This document shows positions 19,601 to 28,200 of a stretch of 64,000 nucleotides of DNA, in pieces; within the stretch, counting starts at the first letter, position 1; every line of letters begins with the position of its first letter. The translations under genes were made by a program, and so were the position numbers. Source of the DNA: Thermoguttaceae bacterium (GTDB taxonomy: Bacteria; Planctomycetota; Planctomycetia; Pirellulales; Thermoguttaceae); NCBI GenBank assembly GCA_028695965.1, contig JAQVHZ010000002.1:24001-88000 (forward strand), written 5' to 3'. The notes under the pieces are model-generated. The model was not told where the DNA came from. It did not search any database and saw only the letters and a program-made list of their open reading frames with translations.

Positions 19601-20252
19601 CCGCCAGACCGTAATTTTCGTCGAGAAAAGAGACGCCGAACAGATTGGCGTCGGTTGGCGTCTCGGCAAGGACCCAGTTTGCGCCCGCGTCCGCAGTCTT
19701 CCATACGACGCCGCGGTCGCCGACCGCCCAGCCTTGCGTTGGCGAGACGAAACAGACGTCGTTTAAGCGCGCGTCGTTTTTCTGTTCGGGGAAATTACGA
19801 TAGGAGGGCAGGGCAGGCGCGAAATTTGTTTCGCTGTACGTTTGGGGGATGTTGTCGGCGTCGCCTGATAATTCAGCGGCGTCGTCGGTCAGCGCGCTGG
19901 AAAAATCCAGCATTCCCCCTTCGGAGACGGGCGTGCGAACGCCGCGCTGAACAGGCGGCTCGTCATGCCCTTGCGTTTCTCCCTGAGGAACCGTCTGTTC
20001 TGAACTCGACTCTTCCGGCAACAGGGGGATTTGCTCTTCTTCGCGGTCCTTTCGAGAAACGTCGAACAGCGGGGGCAGCTCCTCTTGCTGCGCTTCGCCG
20101 TCGGCGTCGGGGTCCTGCTTTTTTTTCAGCGCGTCTTCTTTAATCTTTCCGGAGAACAGCCGCCAGCCTTGCGCGTTGGCGACGCTCGGTTCTGTCGAAA
20201 CGAACGGCGTCAGGACAAGCAGAAGTAAGACGAGTACGATCGATTTGCGCAT
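16620..20252 (-). CDS. large secreted Asp-box (BNR/Ycf48-like) beta-propeller protein with CBM9/DOMON-like C-terminus
   Basis: 1210 aa. Sec signal MRKSIVLVLLLLVLTPFVSTEPSVANA. At least six Asp-boxes (TADAGANW, TIDGGLTW, STDTGVEW, SSDFGDNW, SDDGGNVW, TNDGGRTW). C-terminal 'YLYLGVTC...YDRVELLFDLDGDYATAYKFVF...WTIEAAIPL' resembles carbohydrate-binding family 9. Confidence 0.8.
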   Translation of the reverse strand: MRKSIVLVLLLLVLTPFVSTEPSVANAQGWRLFSGKIKEDALKKKQDPDADGEAQQEELPPLFDVSRKDREEEQIPLLPEESSSEQTVPQGETQGHDEPPVQRGVRTPVSEGGMLDFSSALTDDAAELSGDADNIPQTYSETNFAPALPSYRNFPEQKNDARLNDVCFVSPTQGWAVGDRGVVWKTADAGANWVLAETPTDANLFGVSFLDENYGLAVGGRVNPTSHAGQGVVLRTIDGGLTWGEVPTAAFPILRDVKIIDEEYAWIAGDSSDLYPSGLFFSTDTGVEWIRVDGNKRGGWSSALYDPIEQLGVGVTTEGDVQGVDGAQAEQKPLSLGTRRARDVVYDGTTQRAWVVGDQGLTLVSSDFGDNWSQTPGGFPNESQNYFDLSGVVALDGFVGVVGTPGSLFFYSDDGGNVWNAAPTGVNTPLRKAAFIDRNNGWAVGDLGVIVATNDGGRTWKLQRSGGTRVAMLGIFGRAEDVPIEALVQLAGDGGFLTEIALVAREADKEGLAAEIPFVERFNEALVETGASGMTQASLFVLNPAVQRDSIEQILARFDAENDGDGLMRFRERLVRLLRIWRPSLLLTADSLLDDGAGNAVQIPDSLNINTPEGARALVGALAVNSANLDQRPHDPFQELLLRELPGAVRNAADPTVFPEHLTVCNLEPWSVKKARALCRGKTQGNLSIDSNYFCVSLGRTIAEIAANARAILSDSKQTRDTTNFQTLFSAVPTKYADKIFFDGLDLPYGCDARRARQSALANSADALASRAGDRRQKLGVVDALTRKSSNKSTSGSILLAQLRENIQGVDPDFAVEYLETVGRRFAEQGALAAAEEAYSLVALELPDHPQSVEAFTWLVQYYSGTEPKRRAQLQGEVTLNENWNDRLLNAQRLGDTIRDFAPDAYMAPEIRFPLAAAQLKSGDLEGAMNFYMIRSQASEDDVWGARAAAEYWLRAPVSDQRSTEKQFCPLSKFTCGRIFEKPYLDGAFEPSVWDSAQKVDLSTPFQEAPPLREPTLAERSAKMWRQKNKAFSKQIGTNVMFAHDSEYLYLGVTCQKTPGVNYSDQETAPKSDLADALNEASGTDANSEKPSRERDADQTFYDRVELLFDLDGDYATAYKFVFDCRGWLSDSNWNEPKWNPAIFVAKSETSSMWTIEAAIPLAELTDRPPAQGEVWRVAMRRIVPGVGIECWNVENSDSGENAFGLMEFE

Positions 20253-20359
20253 TGCGGCGCTTCTCCGGCGCTTGAATGTTAAAGTAACGTTACCGACTTC
20301 CTGCGGACCTGAAAACGCCTCGCGCGCGCATGGGTTACGGTCCGTAAAGAGCCGTCTGG

Positions 20360-20388
20360 ATGATAGTGAATTTGCGAGAAGACGTCAA
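20360..20388 (-). promoter_or_regulatory. sigma70-like promoter candidate for the 1210-aa gene
   Basis: Minus strand reads TTGACG, 17-nt spacer, TATCAT. It sits immediately downstream of the terminator of the preceding gene, ~100 nt before the ATG at 20252. Confidence 0.5.
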
Positions 20389-20427
20389 GAAAAGAAAAAA
20401 CGGACAATCCCTTTCAGGATTGTCCGT
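20389..20427 (-). terminator. rho-independent terminator after the lipoprotein gene
   Basis: Minus strand reads ACGGACAATCC-tgaaag-GGATTGTCCGT followed by TTTTTTCTTTTC. Perfect 11-bp stem. Confidence 0.65.
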
Positions 20428-20528
20428 TCAATTCGGTCGTTCATGCGAAAACGCTTTTGAGACGTCGCGCTGCGGTTCGGTTGCTGCCGCCGCTCGAGCG
20501 ACTGCAGGAACCGGCGTTGATTATGACG

Positions 20529-21086
20529 TTATTGAGCCATGCTCATATCAGCGTCAACGGCGTGCAGGTGATCTTTGTCGATGTAGACGACTTCTTGCGC
20601 GTCTTTCTTTTCGATAGAATAGGGTATCGGCCAGCCGACGCGAACGTTTTGTTCATAGTAAATAGTACACTTCCAGTGGACGTGGTGAACTTGGACAGCG
20701 CCGACCATGGGGAAGTATCTGGGCGGGTCGACGTAGTCGGCAACGAGTTCTTTGACGATCTTGACGTCGTTGCGATAACGAGTTTCCAAGAAGGGCACGC
20801 CGCCGTCGTTCGGCCTGGCTTTTTCGAGGAGACGAATGACCTCGTCGTCAGAGGGCGGGTCAATACCTTCCGGCACGCCGTCGACAATGGGAGGGAGAAT
20901 CGGAACTTGCGAGTAACGATCTTGCTCAAATGCCATATCTTCGTAGGCGCCCTGGAAGTACGGACTGACCGGAACCGGAACGCTGAAAATCCCGAGGTTG
21001 AATCCGCCGAAGCCGAAGCAACCGCTCGTAATAGCCGCGGCCAGCAGGGTGAGGCAAGCGGCGATTCTGAAATTCATTTTTTTCAT
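20529..21086 (-). CDS. putative lipoprotein, function unknown
   Basis: Preferred start is MKKMNFRIAACLTLLAAAITSGC (lipobox-like ITSGC) at 21086, with AAGGAAG upstream. The opposite-strand ORF 20457-21092 looks like a shadow ORF. Confidence 0.7.
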   Translation of the reverse strand: MKKMNFRIAACLTLLAAAITSGCFGFGGFNLGIFSVPVPVSPYFQGAYEDMAFEQDRYSQVPILPPIVDGVPEGIDPPSDDEVIRLLEKARPNDGGVPFLETRYRNDVKIVKELVADYVDPPRYFPMVGAVQVHHVHWKCTIYYEQNVRVGWPIPYSIEKKDAQEVVYIDKDHLHAVDADMSMAQ

Positions 21087-22558
21087 TTCTAACTTCCTTG
21101 ACAAATGATTTTCAAGAATGAACAACTTGGGGGCGGCGCCGAGGGCGCTTTTATTCGCGGCGCGCGTTCGAAAGGATCCGAAGCCGCATTGGCGAATACC
21201 GTCCTGGTTTTAGTTCCTGAACCCGCTTGTTCTCGTTAAGCGCGACGCGTTTTGGGGCGTCCTTCGCACGAAACCGACCGAACTTTTTACGAATATCACG
21301 GGGTTTTCAGGAGCGACGCAGAATAAATTCTTCCCGCCAATCCTTGTTTATATAGTCTCGACTTGTCGTTTGTCGGGACCGTCGTGGGGTATATATCGAA
21401 CGTCGACGCAACGAAACTTGCGCCTTTTTCGAAATAAAACCAATATAAACGACAAAAAGCCTGAGCGCGTCTGCCGACTTACAGTAAGCCGGGCTGCGAA
21501 ACGCTTGGCAAGAGCCGTGTAAAAGCGGCTTTTCAGCCTCTCCTAAGGCTCTCTTATCGTATTATCGGAACGCTTTTATGTTAGAGTTTACCCTTTTTTG
21601 GTATTTTTCTTTTTTTGCAGTCGACGTCGTTTAAGGCGTTGGAAGCTCGTTGAAGACCTATGGAAGACCTATGGATGAACCTGCGACCCATATTAAGCCG
21701 AGCGGCAGATCGCGCAGGAGCGTTTAGAATCGAGCGTTTAATATAGTGGCGACGGACGCCCGTAACAGGTATCGATAGAAATTAAACTCGTTCCTTATTT
21801 TCATCTGCAGAGGCATGAGGACGCAAAGATTGGCGCGCCGCGTATATATTAATTGACGTCAAGCAAGGGAGTCGGATAACGGTTCGTTGTGGATGCGAAG
21901 AATTGAGAAGGGGGAAAAAAGAAAAAAGAAACGATTAGCGGCGATTTTAGTTTCGAAATACCAAATAAAACGACTTTGAGCAGAGCGCCGGTAGTTTGTG
22001 CAGGACGCCTGAAGATAAGGAACAAAATCGAGGAAATAGTTGCAAGAAAAACCTGGACTGTGGACGATAAAGGGTTCAGGAACGACGGGTGAGCCGGGTT
22101 AAGCCGCCCCGAACGTCGGACGTCTGGGGTCGCATGAGCGTTTTCAGCCGTATGACGCAAGTTGGAAAGATTTCGAAACAGTCCTGTGGAATCGCCTAGT
22201 TCGTTTTTAGATTCTTTCGTTATTAGGAAAATGCTTAAAAAACAGTAGTTTTCGGTTGTAACGGCGGGATTGATTGTAACGTAAAACTTTTCATAGGAAG
22301 TTGTCGTTTTCGGGTAAAATAGCCTTGAAAGCATACGTTTCCGGAATTATACTTGATATCAAGGTCAGGCTTATACGGCGTTTTCCCAAATGCCTCTGCG
22401 GCTTGCGGAGGTGGATAAGATGCGTCAGATAAGCAAAATAAAAAAAATATAAAAAATGGCTAAATCTTAATTGGCTGTTAGCCGATTAGAAAAGAATAGG
22501 AACTATTAGGCTTTCCCAGCCTTAATTTAACAACCCGAAATTTAGGAGATTTTTGCAG

Positions 22559-23158
22559 ATGAAGACTCGTATCCTTCTTTCTGTTGCCGTCGTACTTGCT
22601 GCCGCTACGAGCGCTTTTGCTCAGGATTGCGCTCCTTGCGCTCCTGCCGCTTGCGCGCCGGCCGCCGTTACCTGTGAAGCCGCTCCGGTCACTTGCGCCC
22701 CTGCGGTTTGCGTTCCTTGCATCAATCCTTGCGGCGCCCTCAAAAACGCCGCCGCCAAAGGCTTCTGCGCGATCCAAAATGCGAAGTGCAACCTCCGCGC
22801 TCGTCTTGCCGCTTGCAAGCCGTGCGTAGCCCCTTGCGCTCCCGCCGCTTGCGCTCCTTGCGCTCCTTGCGCTCCTGCCGCTTGCGCTCCTTGCGCTCCG
22901 GCTGAATGCGCTCCGGCTCCGGCTCCTTGCGCTCCCGCTGCTTGTGCTCCGGCCCCGTGCGCCCCGACGGTTGATTGCGCTCCGGCTGCTTGCGATCCGG
23001 TTTGCGCGCCCGCGTTCAAGGCTTCCTGCTGCTTCAAGCCCTTCCAAGGTCTGAAAGCCCGCTTCGCGCGTCCTTGCTTCGCCGCTTGCGCTCCTTGCGC
23101 TCCGGCCGCTGACTGCGCTCCGGCTCCGTGCGCTCCGGCCGCCCCGGCTTGCAACTGA
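22559..23158 (+). CDS. secreted Cys-Ala-Pro (CAP) repeat protein
   Basis: ATG at 22559 lies 10 nt after AGGAG (22544-22548). Sec signal MKTRILLSVAVVLAAATSAFA/QD. The mature ~177 aa are dominated by C, A and P (33 Cys by my count) with CAPCAP / CAPAACAP units. A strong terminator follows. Confidence 0.75.
   Translation: MKTRILLSVAVVLAAATSAFAQDCAPCAPAACAPAAVTCEAAPVTCAPAVCVPCINPCGALKNAAAKGFCAIQNAKCNLRARLAACKPCVAPCAPAACAPCAPCAPAACAPCAPAECAPAPAPCAPAACAPAPCAPTVDCAPAACDPVCAPAFKASCCFKPFQGLKARFARPCFAACAPCAPAADCAPAPCAPAAPACN
22832..22966 (+). repeat. degenerate 9-nt (TGC-GCT-CCN) periodic tract inside the CAP gene
   Basis: Run of tgcgctcct / tgcgctccg / gcttgcgct units encoding PCAPAACAPCAPCAPAACAPCAPAECAPAPAPCAPAACAPAPCAP. 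Boundaries approximate. Confidence 0.7.
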
Positions 23159-23221
23159 GATTGACAATCAACGCCAGAGCAACCGCCAGTTTTACTGAGC
23201 GTCTTGTTCTCTTGACTGAGT

Positions 23222-23260
23222 AAAAGCCGTGAAGCATTTTATACGCTTCACGGCTTTTTC
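23222..23260. terminator. bidirectional rho-independent terminator between the CAP gene and kdsA
   Basis: AAAA-AGCCGTGAAGC-attttatac-GCTTCACGGCT-TTTTT. An 11-bp perfect stem flanked by an A-run and a T-run, between convergent genes. Confidence 0.7.
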
Positions 23261-23318
23261 TATTGTTTTTCGGGGTCTGCCCGCTTGTGTCGCCTTCCGG
23301 TTGGTCTCGGCTTTATCT

Positions 23319-24161
23319 CTATGGAGCCTCGACGGCGCGCCGAATTCTTAGTGTGGTTTTCAACAGCTCCGCGACCTGATTGATCGGAATCATATTAGGA
23401 CCGTCGCTTGGCGATTGTTCCGGATCGAAGTGCGTTTCTAGGAAGAGCGCGTCGATCCCTACAGCCGCCGCCGCGCGCGCAAGAGGCGCCACAAATTCTC
23501 TTTTACCTCCGGAAACGCCGTCCCCCGCGCTTGGCTGCTGGACGCTGTGCGTCGCGTCAAAGACGACGGGCGTTCCGATATTCCTCATGACGACCAGGGA
23601 TCGGAAATCGTTGACTAAATTTCCATACCCGAAAAAAGTTCCTCGTTCTCCGAGCAGGACGTTAGGAGTTCCGAACGCGATGAGTTTTTCTACGACTCTT
23701 GCCATATCTTGCGGGGCCATGAACTGCCCTTTTTTCACATGGACGGGCTTTCCGGTCTTCGCAGCGGCGGCGAGCAAGTCGGTCTGGCGCGCTAGAAACG
23801 CGGGAATTTGGAGCAGATCGACAATTTCTGCGACACGTTCTGCCTGAATCGTCTCGTGAATATCCGTGGTGACGGGCAGTCCCGACTTTTCTCGAATTTC
23901 CGCGAGCAGTTCCAGCCCGGCGTCTAGGCCCGGTCCGCGCCAGGACGACGCGCTTGTTCGATTCGCTTTGTCGAACGAACCTTTGAAAACAAGTTGAACG
24001 CGATAGTCTTCTCGAGCGAGTTCGGAGACAATTTCTTTCAGTTGAAGCGCAATATCTAGAGACGTTTCCGGTTGGAGAACGCAAGGCCCCGCGATGAGCA
24101 GCAGGTCTTTTCCAGCTCCGCATTGATACGGACCTATCGTAACGGGATTGTTCGGACGCAT
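23319..24161 (-). CDS. kdsA: 3-deoxy-8-phosphooctulonate (KDO8P) synthase
   Basis: 280 aa. Motifs '[11 protein letters not shown]', '[12 protein letters not shown]', '[13 protein letters not shown]', '[11 protein letters not shown]' and '[10 protein letters not shown]'. AAGGAG upstream. Confidence 0.93.
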   Translation of the reverse strand: MRPNNPVTIGPYQCGAGKDLLLIAGPCVLQPETSLDIALQLKEIVSELAREDYRVQLVFKGSFDKANRTSASSWRGPGLDAGLELLAEIREKSGLPVTTDIHETIQAERVAEIVDLLQIPAFLARQTDLLAAAAKTGKPVHVKKGQFMAPQDMARVVEKLIAFGTPNVLLGERGTFFGYGNLVNDFRSLVVMRNIGTPVVFDATHSVQQPSAGDGVSGGKREFVAPLARAAAAVGIDALFLETHFDPEQSPSDGPNMIPINQVAELLKTTLRIRRAVEAP

Positions 24162-24220
24162 TGTCTTCTCCTTGTTTTTACCTTTATTCGCCTAGTCGAC
24201 AGCGCTTTTGATTACCTGTC

Positions 24221-24249
24221 ATCATAGTAAAAATGACGCGGCGGTTCAA
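24221..24249 (-). promoter_or_regulatory. sigma70-like promoter candidate for kdsA
   Basis: Minus strand reads TTGAAC, 17-nt spacer, TATGAT, ~55 nt upstream of the kdsA ATG. It lies outside (left of) the island's left direct repeat. Confidence 0.5.
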
Positions 24250-24325
24250 GAGCTTTTCTAGTCCTAGAAAGGCGCGATTATTGAGGAGAAACGATAGAAC
24301 AGCAAGTTGAAATTGTTAGTCCGAA

Positions 24326-24363
24326 GTTTGTCAACGCTTGTTTTTTGCAGGCGCGTTTGGTAT
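24326..24363. repeat. left copy of a 38-bp direct repeat flanking the AT-rich island
   Basis: gtttgTcaacgcttgttttttgcaggcgcgtttggtat. Identical at 37/38 positions to 31238-31275 (T versus C at position 6). Confidence 0.9.
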
Positions 24364-24488
24364 AGACCAATTATGCTTAACGACAGAAAAAGCAGGGGAC
24401 GTTTAGTTGCTCATTGGTAGTCGTCGCGTCGAGTAAGACAGCGTAAAACGCTTATTGTTGCAATTTTCGTGTTGCTGGTTTTTTGGGA

Positions 24489-25280
24489 TCAACCGGTCAA
24501 GCTGGCTTTCCAGGCGTCAAGTTCTTTTTTCTTTCCGAGCGAGATTAGCCATGCTTCAAACCGCGCGTCCAGGGAGTCGTTATAATCAATTAGGTTGTGA
24601 CAGAATCCTTCAAATTTTTCATAGGAAGAGTCGAGCAGAGTTTTCATATAATTAGCGAGTTCCGAAACGTCCTTAATCTGTTTGTTGCCTACCATGAAAA
24701 GACGCTGACCAGAAAGAAGATACGCCATCGCGCGATAGTTTACAAGCGTTTCTCGGTCGCTCCGGCTATCTGCCCCATGGGCAGTTTCAAGCGCTGAACA
24801 CACAGAAGTAAGTTCTGTGTTCTTGATCTCCGTTTTGGAAAGATAGCTTGTAAGCAACTTGTTGTTCAAAATGCCGTCCCAGTACGGATAGTTCGATTCA
24901 TCGTTTTTCTGCAGTCGTTTTAACATATCGTAGCCAAGGTCTGTAAGGGAATGATAAGACTGTCCCTTCCAGTGGAACCCGTTAAGCTCCGGATAAATCT
25001 CATAAAGAAGATTCCAGTAGACAACGTCGTCATTGCTGTTAGACGCCGCCTCTATTTCCGCTTCCTTACATAAATTGGCAATATCTGCGTCGAAGTCCTT
25101 AAAGAACCTATACGTCAAACTTTGATAAAGTTGTTTTTTGCCTTCATCCCAATTTTTAGCAAGAGCCGTAATTAGGGAGGGAATATCTTGATATTGACGC
25201 CCCAGGAACGTATAGGCGGAATTGAATACTGCAGCGTTGCGATTATTTGCCGTTTGTTTATCCATCGTTATATTTCCCAT
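24489..25280 (-). CDS. hypothetical protein, partner of the helicase-nuclease (no recognisable motif)
   Basis: ORF 24489-25316. In-frame ATGs at 25316 (32-nt overlap with the helicase), 25280 (4 nt after the helicase TAA) and 25265. I list 25280. No TM segment or signal peptide. Apparent three-fold internal repeat. Same low-GC codon usage as the helicase. Confidence 0.7.
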   Translation of the reverse strand: MGNITMDKQTANNRNAAVFNSAYTFLGRQYQDIPSLITALAKNWDEGKKQLYQSLTYRFFKDFDADIANLCKEAEIEAASNSNDDVVYWNLLYEIYPELNGFHWKGQSYHSLTDLGYDMLKRLQKNDESNYPYWDGILNNKLLTSYLSKTEIKNTELTSVCSALETAHGADSRSDRETLVNYRAMAYLLSGQRLFMVGNKQIKDVSELANYMKTLLDSSYEKFEGFCHNLIDYNDSLDARFEAWLISLGKKKELDAWKASLTG

Positions 25281-25284
25281 GCGC

Positions 25285-28200
25285 TTATTTATTGTTGACA
25301 ATTTGCACTTTATCATTAATGATCTTGATTTTTTTGGTTTTAATTAAGAAGTCCATAGCATCGTCCATTTTTGTCTTAATTTTCGGTCCCCTTCGTTCAA
25401 ATCCGAAAGCTCGAGTACATTCGGCTGATAAATTGTCCGTTGTGATTCCAAAAGAATGCTCAACTATTCTTAGCATTGCAGCTGCGATTTCTTCCCTATG
25501 AATGTATTCAATTGGTCGAGGTATGTCGTATGGTCTAGGAATACGAGCGACAGCAGGCTTTTCCGGCGATAGTCTGACGAATTGTTCGTCGTCAATTTTG
25601 ACTTTCCCTTTTAATTTTAGCGTGATGGCCTGTTTAATATAATTTTTTACTCTTTGTTTCGCTTTGACGCCGGTGATTGACGGACGTACTCGCTCGTATA
25701 GCAGATCCGTGTGTATGGGCTGTTCGGCCGAAACAACGTATAGGATGAGTTGACTGACTCGTTCAACTTCGTTTATTGAATTGGAAGAGGGCGCTTGCCG
25801 CCAATCTGTTTCAACGTAATAGGTAAAATCGTATGGATTGGTGGCGGATTCTAGTTGAGATTGCACAGACTCCGTTGCAATTTGCTCAACAGGTATGGCG
25901 GCAGTTTCTTCATTGCTATATTTTACATTACGTTTGATTCTGCCGTCTTTGCCGACAACAGAACGAAGATAGTTAAGGAGCGCTTGCCTTTCTGTTTCAG
26001 GTTTGCACGCCCACTCGGTAGACCAGACTCGATATAGATTCCAGCCCATGTTTTGAAGTATTGTCGATCTCAGATTGTCCCTGTCTCGCGCGGTCTTTGC
26101 TTGAAAATAGGCTGGGCCGTCGCATTCAATACCAGCAATATATTCGCCGTCTACTTTGGGATTGACCACTGCAATATCGATTTTGTAATCGGAACATCCA
26201 ACTTCCGTATGAACTTTGTATCCGTTCTTTTCTAAGAAAGCAACGATTATTTTGCAGAAATCGTCTGTAGTATCGAACGTTTTTTCCTTGTCAGTTGGTC
26301 TGAGCGCGCTCGCGCCTTGTTGTGCAAATTCGATGTACGATCTTAGCATTTGGACGCCTTGGGAGTTTGTTCTGTTGAGATCGACGTCAGAAGGAAGGAT
26401 AGAACCGATAAGCTTCACGTTGCACTTTGCTCTCGTAATGGCAACATTCAATCGTCGTTCTCCGCCTTCATGGCTGAGAGGACCGAAACGCATATACATT
26501 TTTCCTTGTTGATCTTTTGCGTAACCAATACTGAAAAAGACGACGTCTCTTTCGTCTCCTTGTACGTTTTCAAGGTTCTTAACAAAGAAAGGTTCTTCTT
26601 TTGCTTCGTCGAAAAACCATTCATATTGCGGATTTTGCTTTCTGAAATCAAGGATAACATTTTCAATAACGGCCTGTTGTTTTTCACTGAACGCAATAAT
26701 GCCCAACGAACGGTCCGGTCGTTCTTGAATGTGCTCTAAAAGAAGCTCAAGGCACTTTTGCGCTTCTTTTATGTTGCAGTTTTTGCCTCCGCCTTCGTAA
26801 TAGCCGTCTTCCACATAGACGTACTCGACGCCCATATTAGGAACGTTGGCAAGGCTGTTAGGGAACGTGATAAGCTTGTTGCCGTACATTTCTCTGTTAG
26901 AGAAGGCAATCAAATTCTCATGCTTGCTTCGATAGTGCCATAATAAAGATCTGTTAGGTAAAGCCGCCGCTGCTTCTTCCAGAATCGAGTCGGAAACGAC
27001 GTCGTAGTATAGGTCTTCGTCGTCTTCGTCAGAACCGTCGTACTCGCTGTCGAAGTTGTTAGCGGACGCCCTAAAGAAGTTAGTGGGAGGAAGTTGCTTG
27101 CTGTCGCCCGCTATCACGACTTGGGAACCTCGGAAGATAGCGCCAATTGCGTCTTCTGGGAAAATTTGCGACGCCTCGTCAAAGATGACCAAGTCAAAAT
27201 GGTATGCTTCTGCCTCCAAGAAATGCGAGACCGACAGAGGCGACATCATCAAACAGGGTTTTAACGTCAGCAACAGATTAGGGATGAGTCGAAAGAGCCT
27301 TCTTAGCGGCATGACGTTCCGCTTTTTGTTCAATTCCTTTTTGAGGATAGCCACTTCGTCCGTTGCTCTCAGCAATTGATGGGCGGAAGGAAGTTTATCG
27401 ATTAGCATCTCGCGGATGCGCATTTGCGCGGTTGCCAACTGAAAGTTATCTAACTCGATGAACCTCTTAATGCGTTCGTCATGAGTGTTTCTTCCAAACC
27501 GACGCACAGAAGCAAATTCGTCGCGCGCTGCGCCAAGACACAGCGTATAGTAACGCTTCAAGAAGATTTTTTCGATCTCATTGCAACGTCCTGTCGCTTC
27601 TATTTTTTTGATAAAATCTTGAAGATTATCTGCGCAGCATTCTTTTTTTGCTTCCTGATAAGCGATCCAATCGTCCAGCATTGGCAACGCTTCTATGTAG
27701 TTTTTCACCTCTTGGGAAATGGCTGCGAGCCTAGCGTCCTGGTTGAACTGAGACTGAGTGAGCTGAGAACTAATCCATTGAAGGGTAGTACCCGCCTGGT
27801 GATAAAGTTTTGAGATTTCGTCGGCAATTTTCTTGATTTCTTGCTTTCGTGAGACGTCTACATTAATAAGCGCATCTAAGAATCCATGCGTTCTATTTTC
27901 TAGAATATGGCTAGTCTGGCGGAGTAATGAGAGAATGTTGTTCCAGTCTGTTTGACGGTTTTCAAAGAACTCTCCAAAGCGCTGCGCGTTTGTTTCTGCG
28001 TCGTCGTCAAGCTCCTTAGAAAGTTGTCTGTGTGCGTTCAGGTATGAAATAGTTTTATAGACAGAACGAATATCCGTCTTATTGTCCATCAGGTATGGTT
28101 TAAGTTCGTAAGCTTGTTCCTTCACGAGGTTCAGCCGAGTCAAGTAGACCTCGACATTTGCTAAGGCTTCCTGAGCATCAAACTCGGCGTCAACAGACAA

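Noticed and set aside
21652-21675. 11-bp tandem duplication gaagacctatg x2
   Set aside because: It is too short and isolated to be called a functional repeat. It is noted only as part of the odd intergenic stretch.
21849-22334. 161-aa minus-strand ORF in the long intergenic stretch
   Set aside because: AT-rich with low-complexity composition (runs of F, S, T, L). It has no start context or motif and ends in a poly-T/A tract. It is probably non-coding.
22478-23167. 229-aa and 177-aa minus-strand ORFs (SARS / GAQ repeats) opposite the CAP gene
   Set aside because: They are a by-product of the GC-rich 9-nt periodicity. The plus frame has the Shine-Dalgarno sequence, signal peptide and terminator.
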